This document shows, piece after piece, positions 13,730 to 24,800 of a stretch of DNA of 64,000 nt. The DNA is from Squalus acanthias (lineage: Eukaryota), in the NCBI GenBank assembly GCA_030390025.1, contig CM059438.1, forward strand, positions 78,988,001 through 79,052,000. The letters are read 5' to 3'. A model generated the notes under the pieces. That model worked only from the letters and a program-made list of their open reading frames with translations. It was not told where the DNA came from and searched no databases. The stretch's first letter is position 1. Every line of letters begins with the position of its first letter. The translations under genes and the position numbers were made by a program.

Positions 13730-14370
13730 TCATCGAATCATAGTACAGCACAGAAGGAGGTCATTCAGCCCATCAACTCTGCGACCGCTCTTTCAAAGCA
13801 ATCCAGTTAGTCCTTTCCCCATATCCCTGCAATTTTTTCACCTTCAGGTATTTATACGGTTCCCTTTTGAAGGCTGCTATTGAATCTGTATCCAACTCCC
13901 TATCGGGCAGTGCATTCACTCGTTGCGTAAAAAAGTTTTTCTTCATGTCACCTCTGCTTCTTTTGCTATTCACCTTTAAATCTGTGACCTCTCATTATTG
14001 ACCGTTCAGCCATTGGAAACAGTTTCTCTTTATTTACTCTGTCTAAATCCTTCATGATTTGAAACACCTCTATCAAATCTCCTCTTAGCCTTCTCAGCTC
14101 CAAGGAAACAACCCCAGCTGCTCCAGTCTATCCAGGTAACTGTAATCTCTCATCCCTGGGACCAGTCTTGTAAATCTCTTCTGTACCCTCTCCAAAGCCT
14201 TCATGTCCTTCCTAAAGTGTGGTGCCCTGAATTGAGCACAATACTCCAGCTGGGGCTGGACTAGTGTTTTATATAGGTTTAGCATAACTTCCTGCCTCTA
14301 TTTATAAAGCCCAGGATCCCATATCCTTTATTAACTGCGTTGTCCTGCCACCTTCAAAGACTTGTGCACA
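13730..14370 (-). mobile_element. CR1 LINE 3' portion
   Basis: Minus-strand ORFs LYKTLVQPQLEYCAQF...LERVQKRFTRLVPG and KKNFFTQRV are typical CR1 ORF2 C-terminal motifs. Confidence 0.9.
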
Positions 14371-14695
14371 TTGGGGACAATTTTAAAATTGAAACCTGGA
14401 GAGTGGGCACTTGGTTGTTGGTCTCCGAACCACAGGAGTGCTAAATGACTTTACGTTTCACGATAACTGATTTTATAAAACTCTAAGCAAATATTGAATG
14501 ATTTTTGTAAATTGATTTTTGTAAATTGAAACTGAATACTTCAGCTCATTATTTTTTGAGTATATTTTACATTTTCAGCACTGCTAAGAAGTACTTTTAG
14601 CTTCCCCTCTTCTCCTTATGCAGTTCTTGCATTACCTGTGGCCGAGTGTAGGTGGCCTTGTCCAAGTCAAGTGAAGCTCCTCCAACAGTAGCCAG

Positions 14696-15468
14696 TAATG
14701 GTGAAATGTGAGGTTATTCACTTTGGTAGGAAAAATAGGAAAACAGAATATTTTTTAAATGGTGAGAAACTATTAAATGTTGGTGTTCAGAGATTTAGGT
14801 GTCCTCATACAGGAAACACAGTTAGTATGCAGGTACAGCAAGCAATTAAGAAGGCAAATGGCAAGTTAGCCTTTATTGCAAGGGGGTTGGAGTACAAGAG
14901 TAAGGAAGTCTTGCTACAATTGTACAGGGCTTTGGTGAGACCACACCTGGAGTACCGTGCACAGTTTTGGTCTGCTTATCTGAGGAAGGATATACTTGCC
15001 TTAGAGGCAGTGCAACAAAGGTTCACTAGATTGATTCCTGGGATGAGGATTGTCCCATGAGGAGAGATTGAATAGATTGGATCTATACTTTCTGGAGTTT
15101 AGAAGAATGAGAGGTGATCTCATTGAAACATATTGACAGGGTAGATGCTGAGAGGTTGTTTCCTCTGTCTGGAGAGTCTAGAACTTAGGGGGCATAATCT
15201 TGGGATAAGGGGTCAGCCATTTAAGACTGAGATGAGGAATGTTGTCACTCAGTTATGAATCTTTGGAATTCTCTACCCCAAAAGGCTGTGGCTGCTGATT
15301 CGTTGAGTATATTCAAGGCTGAGATAGATAGATTTTTGGACTCTAGAGGAATCAAGGGATATGACGATCGGACAGGAATGTGGAGTTGAGGTCAAAGATC
15401 AGCCAAGATCTTATTGAATGGTGGAGCAGGCTCGAGGGGCCGTATGGCTCCTAATTCTTATGTTCTTG
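14696..15468 (+). mobile_element. CR1 LINE 3' portion
   Basis: KCEVIHFGRKN...LYRALVRPHLEY...LEAVQQRFTRLIPG, followed by a CR1-type 3' UTR (ttgaatggtggagcaggctcgaggggcc...tcttatgttctt). Confidence 0.92.
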
Positions 15469-15755
15469 CGTAATAATACTCCTGCTTTTTTTGGGAGTTG
15501 CCTGTCCTCCACTTGGTGCCTCCTCATAGCAGCACTGGTGAGATTGGGAGCTTAGCGGAATGGAGAAGTCAAATCTATCACTTTAATTACATAGTGGCAC
15601 AGATTACTAGTCCAATGACCGTGCCACCCTTTAATAATGTAATTGTTAATTATATATGTTGCTGACACTTTTAGACTTGCAGACTTGAAAAGGATCAGAT
15701 GTTCATTTGCAGCTAGTAATCAACAATGGCATTGAAAGAGCTAAGATTTTGAATT

Positions 15756-18700
15756 CAACAACAACAACTTGTATTTATGTAGTGTCTTTAATGTAGTAAA
15801 ATGTCCCAAGGCGCTTCACAGGAATGATATAAGACAAAAAAATTGACACCGAGCCACAAGAAATTAGGGCAGATGACCAAAAGCTTGGTCAAAGAGGTAG
15901 GCTTTAAGGAGCGTCTTAAAGGAGGAAAGAGAGGCGGAGAGGTTTAAGGAGGAAGTTCCAGAGTTTAGGGCCTAGGCAGCTGAAGGCACGGCCACCAGTG
16001 GTTCAGCGATTTATAATCCGGGATGCTCGAGGTCAGAAAAAGAGCGCGTAGGACAGATGTCAGGTCGAGAATACATCTGAGAATCAGGATAAATATAGAA
16101 AGTTCAGAGGAGAAGTGAAAAAGAAAATAAGAGGGGCAAAGAGAGGATATGAGAATAGAATGGCAGCTAACATAAAAGGTATTCCAAAAGTCTTCTATTG
16201 GCATATAAATAGTAAATGGATAGTAAGAGGAGGGGTGGGGCCTTCGAGGGTGCAGAAAAGATGTACGAGAATGATTCCAGGGATGAGGGACTTCAGTTAC
16301 ATGGATAGACTGGAGAAGCTGGGGTGGTTCTCCTTAGAGCAGAGAAGATTGAGAGGAGATTTGATAGAGGTGCTCAAAATCATGAGGGGTCTGGACAGAG
16401 TAGATAGATTGAAACTGTTCCCATTGGTGGAAGGGTTGAGAACCAGAGGACATAGATTTAAGGTGATTGGCAAAAGAACCAAAGGCAACATGAGGAAAAA
16501 CTTTTTTATGCAACGAATGGTTAGGATCTAGAATGCACTGCCTGAGAGGGTGGTGGAGGCAGACTCAATCGAGGCTTTCAAAAGGAGTTGGATAAGTACC
16601 TGAAGGAAAAAAATGTGCAGGGCTGCGGGGGAGTGGGACTAGCTGAAGTGCTCTTGCAGAGAGGCGGCCCGGGCTCGACGGGCCGAATGGCCACCTTCCG
16701 TGCTTTTTTTTTTAAAAAGGCAGAATTTAAGGAGTGCAGATATCTCTGGGTGGGTGGGGTTTGTGGGGCTGAAGGTGTTCACAGATAGGGAGGGGCGAGG
16801 CCATGGAGGGATTTGAAAACAAGGATGAGAATTTTGAAATTGAGGCGTTGCTTAACCGAGAGCCAATGTAGGTCGGCGAGCACAGGGCTGATGGGTGAAC
16901 GGGATTTGGTGCGAGTTAGGACACGCACAGCCGATTTTTGGATGACCTCAAGTTTACGCAGGGTAGAATGTGGGAGGCCAGCCAGGAGTATGTTGGAATA
17001 GTCAAGTCTAGAGGTAACAAAGGCATGGATGAGGGTTTCAGCAGCTGAGGCAGGGGCGGAACCGGGCAATGTTACGGAGGTGGAAATAGGCGGTCTTGGT
17101 TATGCCACGGATATGTGGTCGGAAGCTCATTTCAGGGTCAAATATGACACCAAGGTTGTGAACGGTCTGGATCAGTCTCAGACAGATGTTAGGGAGAGGG
17201 ATGGAGTCGGTGGCTAGAGAACGGAGTTTGTGGCGGGGCCTGAAGACGATGGCTTCGGTCTTCCCAATATTTAGTTGGAGAAAATTTCTGCTCATCCAGT
17301 ACTGGATGTCGGACAACCAGTGTATCAATTTAGAGACCGTGGAGGGGTCGAGAGAAGTGGTGGTGAGGTAGAGCCGAGTGTCATCAGCATACATGTGGAA
17401 ACTGACGCTGTGTTTTTGGATGATGTCGCCAAGAGGCAGCATGTAGATGAGCAATAGGAAGGGGCCAAGGATAGATGCTTGGGAGATTCCAGAGGTAACG
17501 ATGCGGGAGTGGGAAGAGAAGCCATTGCAGGTGATTCTCTGGCTACGATTAGATAGATAAGAATAGAACCAGGCGAGTGCAGTCCCACCCAGCTGGACGA
17601 TGGTGGAGAGGCGTTGGAGGATGGAGTGGTCAACTGTGTCAAAGACTGCAGGCAGGTCGAGAAGGACGAGATGGGATAGTTTACCTTTGTCACAGTCACA
17701 AAGGATGTCATTTAGAAACCAGATTGGAGGGATTCAAACATGGAGTTCTGGGAAAGATGGGCACGGATTTGGGAGGTGACAACACGTTCAAGGACTTTGG
17801 AGAGGAAAGGGAGGTTGGAGATGGGGCAATAGTTTGCAAGGACGGAGGGGTCAAGGGTTATTTTTTTTGAGGAGGGGGTGATGACAGCAGATTTGAAGGA
17901 GAGGGGGACAGTACCTGAGGAGAGCGCACTGTTAACAATGTCAGCTAACATGGGAGCAAGAAAAGGAAGTTGGGTGGTCAGCAGTTTAGTGGGAATAGGG
18001 TCGACGGAACAGGAAGTGGGTTTCATGGACAAGATGAGCGTGAAGATGTCAAGTGGGGAGATCGGAGAGAAACTGGCGAGTTCAGGGCTAGGGCGGGGGG
18101 AACCATAGAGGAAGTTTGGCCTGGTGGGCTAGGGGAAGGAAGGGAAGTGGCAGAGGCAGCTGATCGGTGGTCTCAATCTTAGACAGGGTGAGAGAGAGTA
18201 ATTGTTTTAATAGGGACTAGGGCATTAAAGGTGGTGGTGAGGGTGTGGTTGAGCAGATCGGTAGCTGCAGAAATGTCGTGAATGGAGGGCCAAAGGCTGG
18301 ACAGTTGGGACTTTGTAAGTGCAGTTGGAGAGAATTGGGAGAGAGTTTTTTTCCAGGGGCGGACACAGCAGGAAGTAGGGTTGGGTGGGGGAAGGGGGAG
18401 TGGAGAGCGATACAAGAAAGTGGTCAGAGAAGGCCTTATCTTCGATTGGCACGGTGGGATTAGCGAGGCCACGAGAAATGGCAAGGTCAAGGGGGTGACC
18501 GTGAATATGGGTTGGGGAGTTCACATGGAGGGAGAGATTAAGGAAGGATAGGAGGGCAGTGAACTCAGAGGAGAGAGAGAGCATGATGAATTGAGATGGA
18601 GGTTGAAATCACCGAGGATGAGAAGTCGCTCAGTGCAGAGGCTGAGGGAGGAAAGCAGTGAGGATATCTGTGATAAAATTTTATCGTACTTGGGTGGGCG

Positions 18701-18803
18701 GTAGAGAATGAGAATTTTAAATGAGAGGTGAGAGGGTGGAACAAGATGAGATGCTCAAAGGAGGAGAAAGTGCCAGAGGAGTAGGGGGACAGACCCAGGT
18801 CTG
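15756..18803 (-). mobile_element. L2 LINE, 5'-truncated and frameshifted, interrupted by a CR1 insertion at 16029-16713
   Basis: (CAA)n tail at 15756. RT motifs HMYADDTRLYL, PISNLPFLSKVLE and LIHAFVTSRLDYSN. Endonuclease motifs PTHIHGHPLDL and FSDHFLV. Confidence 0.93.
16029..16713 (+). mobile_element. Internally deleted CR1 LINE inserted into the L2 3' region
   Basis: ORF 16115-16531 fuses the CR1 pre-RT linker (PKVFYWHINSK..VRGGVGP) directly to the C-terminal RVQKRCTRMIPG..RTRGHRFK. L2 sequence resumes on both sides. Confidence 0.88.
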
Positions 18804-19067
18804 TCAAACTATTGGCAGTGCTTTATGGTATATCCAGTATGAATCTGTACATTAACAAGATATTATTTAAGTAATCACTACCACTCATGAAATAAAATGA
18901 TTATTTGCCTTATGTACAGTTTTAATGAAATACACCTTTTTCAGCTTTGAAAATGATTATTAATGTCATCCTTTGGTTCTAAAAATAAAAACTAATATAA
19001 ATGGTAATGTGCAGATATGCTTTGAATTTCAAACAAATTGTTTTTTTAATGAAATGCTTATGGAATT

Positions 19068-19113
19068 GAGATAGTTAACACAAACTGCAGGAGATAGTTA
19101 ACACAAACTGCGG
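19068..19113. repeat. 23-bp tandem duplication
   Basis: gagatagttaacacaaactgcag followed by gagatagttaacacaaactgcgg. Confidence 0.92.
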
Positions 19114-19862
19114 AAGTAATGGTACATTTTGACATGGTTTTAATGAAATGTAATGGAAACCCTTTCTCATCTAGCTGCATATATCATTCAGCAGTGAACT
19201 ATCATCACATGTTCCTAAATCTACCACAGTTCCAAAGAAAACACAATCTATGATCTAAATATTTGCAGTAGAGATTTATTAACACAGACAGATATATTTC
19301 AGTGAGTACGCAGTGTGACACCAGAATTTAGATATTCTCAAAATTGCTTGTTGCAGAATAGAGAGCACAATAATGTGCACCAGTTCAAGGCTTGACGCAT
19401 ATCTCTCAACTTCAGTTTTCACAGGCTGAATGTAGTGCAACAAATTCATTAAAACATCTGTGTTTACAAAACCATGATGAGAAAATAGAAGGAAAAAGTA
19501 CCGACATCCGGTCGAAAATCTTCTTATACTGTGGGTTGAAAATGTTAACCAGCCTTCATATATTTATCGATGCATACCTCCACATGGTGTTGTGGATTAT
19601 ATCCTCAATTAAACCCCTAGAGTTTTGTAATCCTTTGAATCTACTCATTGGTTACTTTATCATGTGCACAATTTTGCTTTTTCAAATAACTGGGTACTTG
19701 ATTATCTTCTGCTATCTACTGACATCCTGATACCAGCAGACAGAACCAGAGATGTTTACAGCATAGAAAGGAGCCATTCGGTCCATCTTGTCTATGCCAA
19801 CTCTGTGCTAGACAATAACAAATCCCACTGCCTCATGCTATCCTCATTGCCCTGTGTCTTCC

Positions 19863-20680
19863 ACTACTCCTCAATCACCCCCAACAGCCCCTCCCCTTCC
19901 CACGGCACCTTCCTGTGGAAGCGCAGAAGATGCAACACTTGCCCTTTTACCTCCTCCCTTCCCACTGTCCAGGGCCCCAAACACTACTTCCAGGTGAAAG
20001 TGATTTACTTGTAATTCTTGCAATTTAGTATACTATGTTCGCTGCTCCCGATGCGGTCTCCTCTACATTGGGGAGACCAAACGCAGATTGGGTGACCGCT
20101 TTGCGGAACACCTTCGTTCAGTCCATAAGCGTGACCCCAAGCTTCCGGTCGCCTGTCACTTTAATTCTCCGCTCCACTCCCACTCTGACCTCTCGATCCT
20201 TGGCCTCTTGCACTGTTCCAACGAAGCCCAACGTAAGCTTGAGGAACAGCACCTCATCTTTCGATTAGGCATTTTACGGCCTTCTGGACTCGACATCGAG
20301 TTCAACAATTTCAGACCATAATCTCTGCCCCAATTTTTTCCACATGGCAGCTGTTGATGATTCTGCCATTCCCATTTACCTCTTCTAGACTCATCTTTTG
20401 CTTCTTTACTTGTCCCATTACCATCTCCTTTTGCCTCGCACCATCATCTTTTGCCTTGCACCATCATCCCTTTTGTCTTTTAATCTCTCCTGCTTTCCAT
20501 CCTATCACAGACCTTCCCTTTTGTTCTTTCCTTCCCTGCCCCAGACTTGCTCAAAATCTGTTGCATCTCTAATTTTTTCCAGTTCTGACGAAAGGTCATC
20601 AACCTGAAACTTTAACTCTCTTTCTCTCTCCACAGATGCTGCCTGACCTCCTGAGTATTGCCAGCATTTTCTGGGTTTTT
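19863..20680 (+). mobile_element. Penelope-like element: GIY-YIG endonuclease end plus 3' terminal repeat region
   Basis: Frame from 20004 reads FTCNSCNLVYYVRCSRCGLLYIGETKRRLGDRFAEHL...PVACHFNS...EEQHLIFRLG..PSGLD. An upstream Cys motif RRRCNTCPF lies across a frameshift. Confidence 0.9.
20581..20617 (+). ncRNA. Minimal type-I hammerhead ribozyme motif of the Penelope-like repeat (probably degenerate)
   Basis: AGUU-CUGACGA-A-AGGU(CAUCA)ACCU-GAAA-CU-UU-AACU: conserved core, 4-bp helix II and helix I AGUU/AACU. Confidence 0.72.
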
Positions 20681-21775
20681 TTTTACTTCAAATAGTTATC
20701 CAGTTTTCCTTAAAGGATGCAATAGCCTCTGCTTCAACCACTCCCTGTGGCAAAGCATTCTGTGCTCCAGCAACCCTTTGCATCAAGAAATTTCACCTTC
20801 CCTCCCTCCCTATTCTCTTAGTGACAGTATGAAAATTGATAACCCCCCTCCCCCAGCCAGAAAAAAAAGTCTTTCCATATTTACCCTATCACTCAAAATT
20901 TAAAAAAAAAACTCTCTTAAATCTCCTCTTGGCCTTCTCTGCTCCAATGAAAAAAAATCCGTGTATCTTAAGTGTCTCCTCATAACTACAATTTCCTATC
21001 CATAGCACCATCCCGGTGAATCTACACTCTATGCTGTGTGGCTTTAATGTCCTTTCTATAATGGTGCAGCTAAAAATATACATAGTACTCTTAACTGTGG
21101 CCTAACCAATGTTTTGTACAAATTTATCATTACTTATTTACTCTTTATAAATGAATGTTGCAAGCCATTTCTAACATTAATGAAGGTATTTTTTTGATCG
21201 TGTGACTCAATGGAAGAATTTAAACAAGTTGATTGTTGTTTGAGGCCGAGCTGGTGGAGTTATTCCACTAAATCATAAACTGTTAATGTACATCAATTTT
21301 TTTTTTTTACAATTTGTGGTCAGTTTATTTATCAGTCATTTAACAAAACAGTCAAAAACCAGATAAACTTTATTTCTCAGTTGGATAATTTTTTTAAATT
21401 TCCGTGCAGCTTTCTCTTTATTCCATGCTTCTCTTTAACAGCAGTGTCTTCAAATAAAAGTAATAAATGTAGCATTAAATATCCTAAAACCACTAAATAT
21501 CATAAATGTGCAGCTTCATAGCTACCTGGTTACGTTGCTGGGTTAGAAGTTCATTTTGAGATGCCTTATACCTCAGTGTTGTATTTTAGCAATCAACGCA
21601 CTCTAGTGTTTATTAAAATGTGTGCCTCTGTCATTTTTATTTAATAATGCTGATAGAACTAAAAGGCTGAATAATATTCTAAATAATGTGCTATCCTAAA
21701 GGTCTCGGAAAATGAAATGCAGTTCTGAAACATGTCACCATGTAAAAAGCTGGGAGAATTAATCTCAGAACTTTA

Positions 21776-22503
21776 TGGCCCAGAATTTGCAGTCAGCGGC
21801 AAAGCGACGTCACTCGCTGCTGGCCTCAAAGAAAGCTGCCCACAAAGATCTAGCGATCTCTGGCATGAATTTCAGCTCTCCCGTCCTTTATTTGAATCTG
21901 GCGCCAAATCAAGCGACTCGCCTGCGTCCAGCAGCAGTGATGTCATCAAGCAGGCTGAGCAGCCAATCACTTTGAAGAATTCTCACGGACAGCAAACCAG
22001 GAAGTAAAATGCAGATTCTAATTTGCTTTTTATAAATTTTAGAGAACTTAATAAAGATTGGGACATACACATATGATTTAAGGTAGAAACTGAAATATAA
22101 ACAAACTTTAAATTAAAAAAATATTATTTTAAAAACCATGTAATTCTTAATCATATTAATGCAAAAATTTGACATTCTACAAATATAAAATTATTTTTTT
22201 TATACGCTGTTAAAACCCCAGTTACACTTCTTTCAACAAGGCTTAACTTTATAAGGGGGTTTAACAGCGATAGTCCGGCGTAATAGGGGAAGTTTTCGTC
22301 CTTCAGTGATTTGAATTAATTGCCGGCTCTGGGGAGCTCCGCAGCGCAACCTGTGGCGGAGCAAGGAATGACTGACTGCAACTTCAGGATTTCCATGTTT
22401 ATCTGCGCATGCGCTAAATCCTGAAGTTGCGGTCAGTTTCAGAGGGATAATGACGGTGAACGCTGACAGTTTCGCTCTCATTACCACCACAAACGCTGGG
22501 CCA
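21776..22503. mobile_element. MITE-like non-autonomous DNA transposon, copy 2
   Basis: Termini tggcccagaatttg ... caaacgctgggcca are inverted repeats. Collinear with 8325-8960. Confidence 0.78.
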
Positions 22504-22899
22504 ATCGGAATCTCTTCAACACACATTTGCAAGAAAATTAATTTAAAAAGTTAAATATAACAAGTAGAGCAACCAAGGAGAGGTTAATTACAGCCATCAG
22601 CACAGTTACTATATCCACAGTTTTAATTACAGAACGCCTGTTCCTTGCTCACATAAAAATGACAGACAAAAACCGTCCATTGTACAGTTTAGTGTGTGTT
22701 CGAAGGCTGTAGCACATCAAAAGAATTGAGATGACATCAAATTCCCAACCACAGCTCAAGGTTTACTAATTGCTTCTACCCCTGCATGCATTAGTCCCTT
22801 GGAATACACTCCAGAATGTGGTGTTCTCTTGTGTTCCATAGAGAATGCACTTCCTGTCCACAAACTTTGCTACCTATTGTCACAATTTTTGGTCACATT

Positions 22900-24380
22900 T
22901 TCAATTCAATTTTGCTGTCAGCCATTGTTGCAGCCACTGACCATTAGGTAGCTCTGTGGGACGAGATTTCGAAGTATCTCTCCCAACTCCATTGCCATCT
23001 TGTATATGGCATTAAGAGTTAACCAGCTAGTGTGGGCACATGTAGTCCACAATCTGGCAGCTTTTCTGGTGTCAGCCTGGTCTTGTCCACATTGACCTTC
23101 ATTCCATAACCACTGCTGCAGCATTCAGGCTATCTACCAACAACTGCTGTCCATTCATGGTGCTTGCTGCCAAGACTTGATCATCGGCAAATCTGACCGC
23201 TTTCACTAGTCACTAGTTGACCTCCAACTTTCACTCCTTCCTCTACCCAATTTTTTCTCTTAACCATTGCTTGTGAATACATGTTGAACAGCACAGATGA
23301 CAGACAGCATCCTTGTTGTACTCCTCTTCCAATCACTCCAAGTGCTGACTCTCCATCTGCTACACTAATACTTGCAGTTTGTCCCATACACAAGCTTTGA
23401 TCAGACATCTCTCTCTCTCCAATCCACATTAATCTTCTTTAGTGCCTCTATTACTTTCATCCAGTTCACTCTATCAAAGGCTTTTTCAAAATCTACAAAG
23501 CAGATGTTTTATACTCCTCTTGCACAGAACTGTCGTTATCCCTGTTGCCTCTCTTGTTCTACATCCTCTGCGAAATCTAAATTGATCTTTGCCAAGATGT
23601 TGCTCTGCTTTTGCTCTTCACTTTCTTGTAAGTAATCTGAGCATAATCTTTGAGGCATGTGGAATTAAATTGATGATACAAAACCTGCCACATTTGCTAG
23701 CATTTGGCTTCTTTTCCATGATTATGTTCATGTAATCATCTGGCCATTCCCTGTTCAGGTTCATGGTATGACACAAATCATCAAGGTCATTTGCTGTCGC
23801 CTCTCCCATATTTTTATTTTTGAGCTCACCTTATTGCAACCTCCACTTCACATTCAAGCACCTCGGGGCCCAGACAATCAACTTCCACCTCTTCTTCCTT
23901 CCTTCCTTCATTCAATGTCAACTGGCTTTTCCTCTTTGGCACACAGTTCTTCAACATATTCTTGCCATTCTTTTTTACTTCGATTTGATCAGTTAATAGT
24001 TGTCCATCTTTATTTTTGATTACTTGAACTCTCGCACCTTGTCTGTTTAAATCATCCATTCTCCGCGCTCTCGTATAACAAATGAGCTCTGCCTCTCCTA
24101 TTCAGTTCCTCCAACTCCTCACCTAGCCCCTTCAGCCATATTTCTGTAGCCTTATCAGTCCCTCTCGTGAGCTCATTGTTCAGTCTCCTGTATGTTTTTT
24201 GCCGCCCTCTGTGTTCACATTTTTCTATTCCCATCGTTCATCCATTTTTACCAGCATTTCATTGGTCACCCATAATTTCTTTGTCCTTTTTCCGTTTACT
24301 AGAAGCACGGTTTGCTCAGCACTTTCTCTGACCACCTCTTTCAGCCTGCACCAACTCTCATTTGATACCATTCTGTGTCT
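22900..24380 (-). mobile_element. RTE-clade LINE, decayed RT region
   Basis: Minus-strand motifs INLIPHASKIML, IGRGVQQGCCLSSVLFNMY, VRFADDQ (~23178-23198) and MKVNVDKT. Boundaries approximate. Confidence 0.85.
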
Positions 24381-24383
24381 CCA

Positions 24384-24615
24384 GAAAATATCAGATTGAC
24401 TACATCTTGATGAAACAGAGATACTGCAATAATGTAAGGAATGCGTGCACTTACTCTGGCGCCGATTCAGACCACAACCAGGTTGTGATGGAAGCTTCTT
24501 TGAAGGTGAAGAGTTAAAAGAATGGTACTTGTAGGAGAAAGTGGAATTTGGGAGCGCTGAAAAGCGAAGGTGGGTTAATGTTCAGAAAGAGACTGATAAC
24601 AAAGTGAAGGAAAAG
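24384..24615 (+). mobile_element. Inverted 5' segment of the same RTE LINE (end of AP endonuclease)
   Basis: Plus frame from 24386 reads KYQIDYILMKQRYCNNVRNACTYSGADSDHNQVVM, matching the RTE QIDY...GAD..SDH endonuclease motif. Confidence 0.82.
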
Positions 24616-24624
24616 TAAAAATAT

Positions 24625-24800
24625 GAAAAAGGATAAATCCGATTACTTCATACTAAATTGTGAGAGTAGGAAAGAGGGACAAAGTCCAAACTAGTAAAAG
24701 GCAAATTTAAGACTGGCGTTAGGAAGCTCTTCAGACAGTGATCATTACATGAAGTGGTCGTCCAGGTAGAGTAGCAGAGGTGAAAGCCCGGAACTGTTGG
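24625..24800 (+). mobile_element. Old CR1 3' fragment
   Basis: gagagtagga.agagggaca...aaactagtaaaaggcaaatttaagactg.cgttaggaag resembles the CR1 TRGH...RKxFF region. Confidence 0.5.

Larger units (their letters stand above)
19745..21150 (-). mobile_element. Old CR1 3' fragment split by the Penelope-like element (parts ~19745-19862 and ~20680-21150)
   Basis: Both flanks align in order to the minus-strand CR1 copies at 5676 and 13730 (gccattcggtccatc...; ttcaaatagttatcc...; aaatctcctctt..ccttctctgctcca). Confidence 0.7.
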
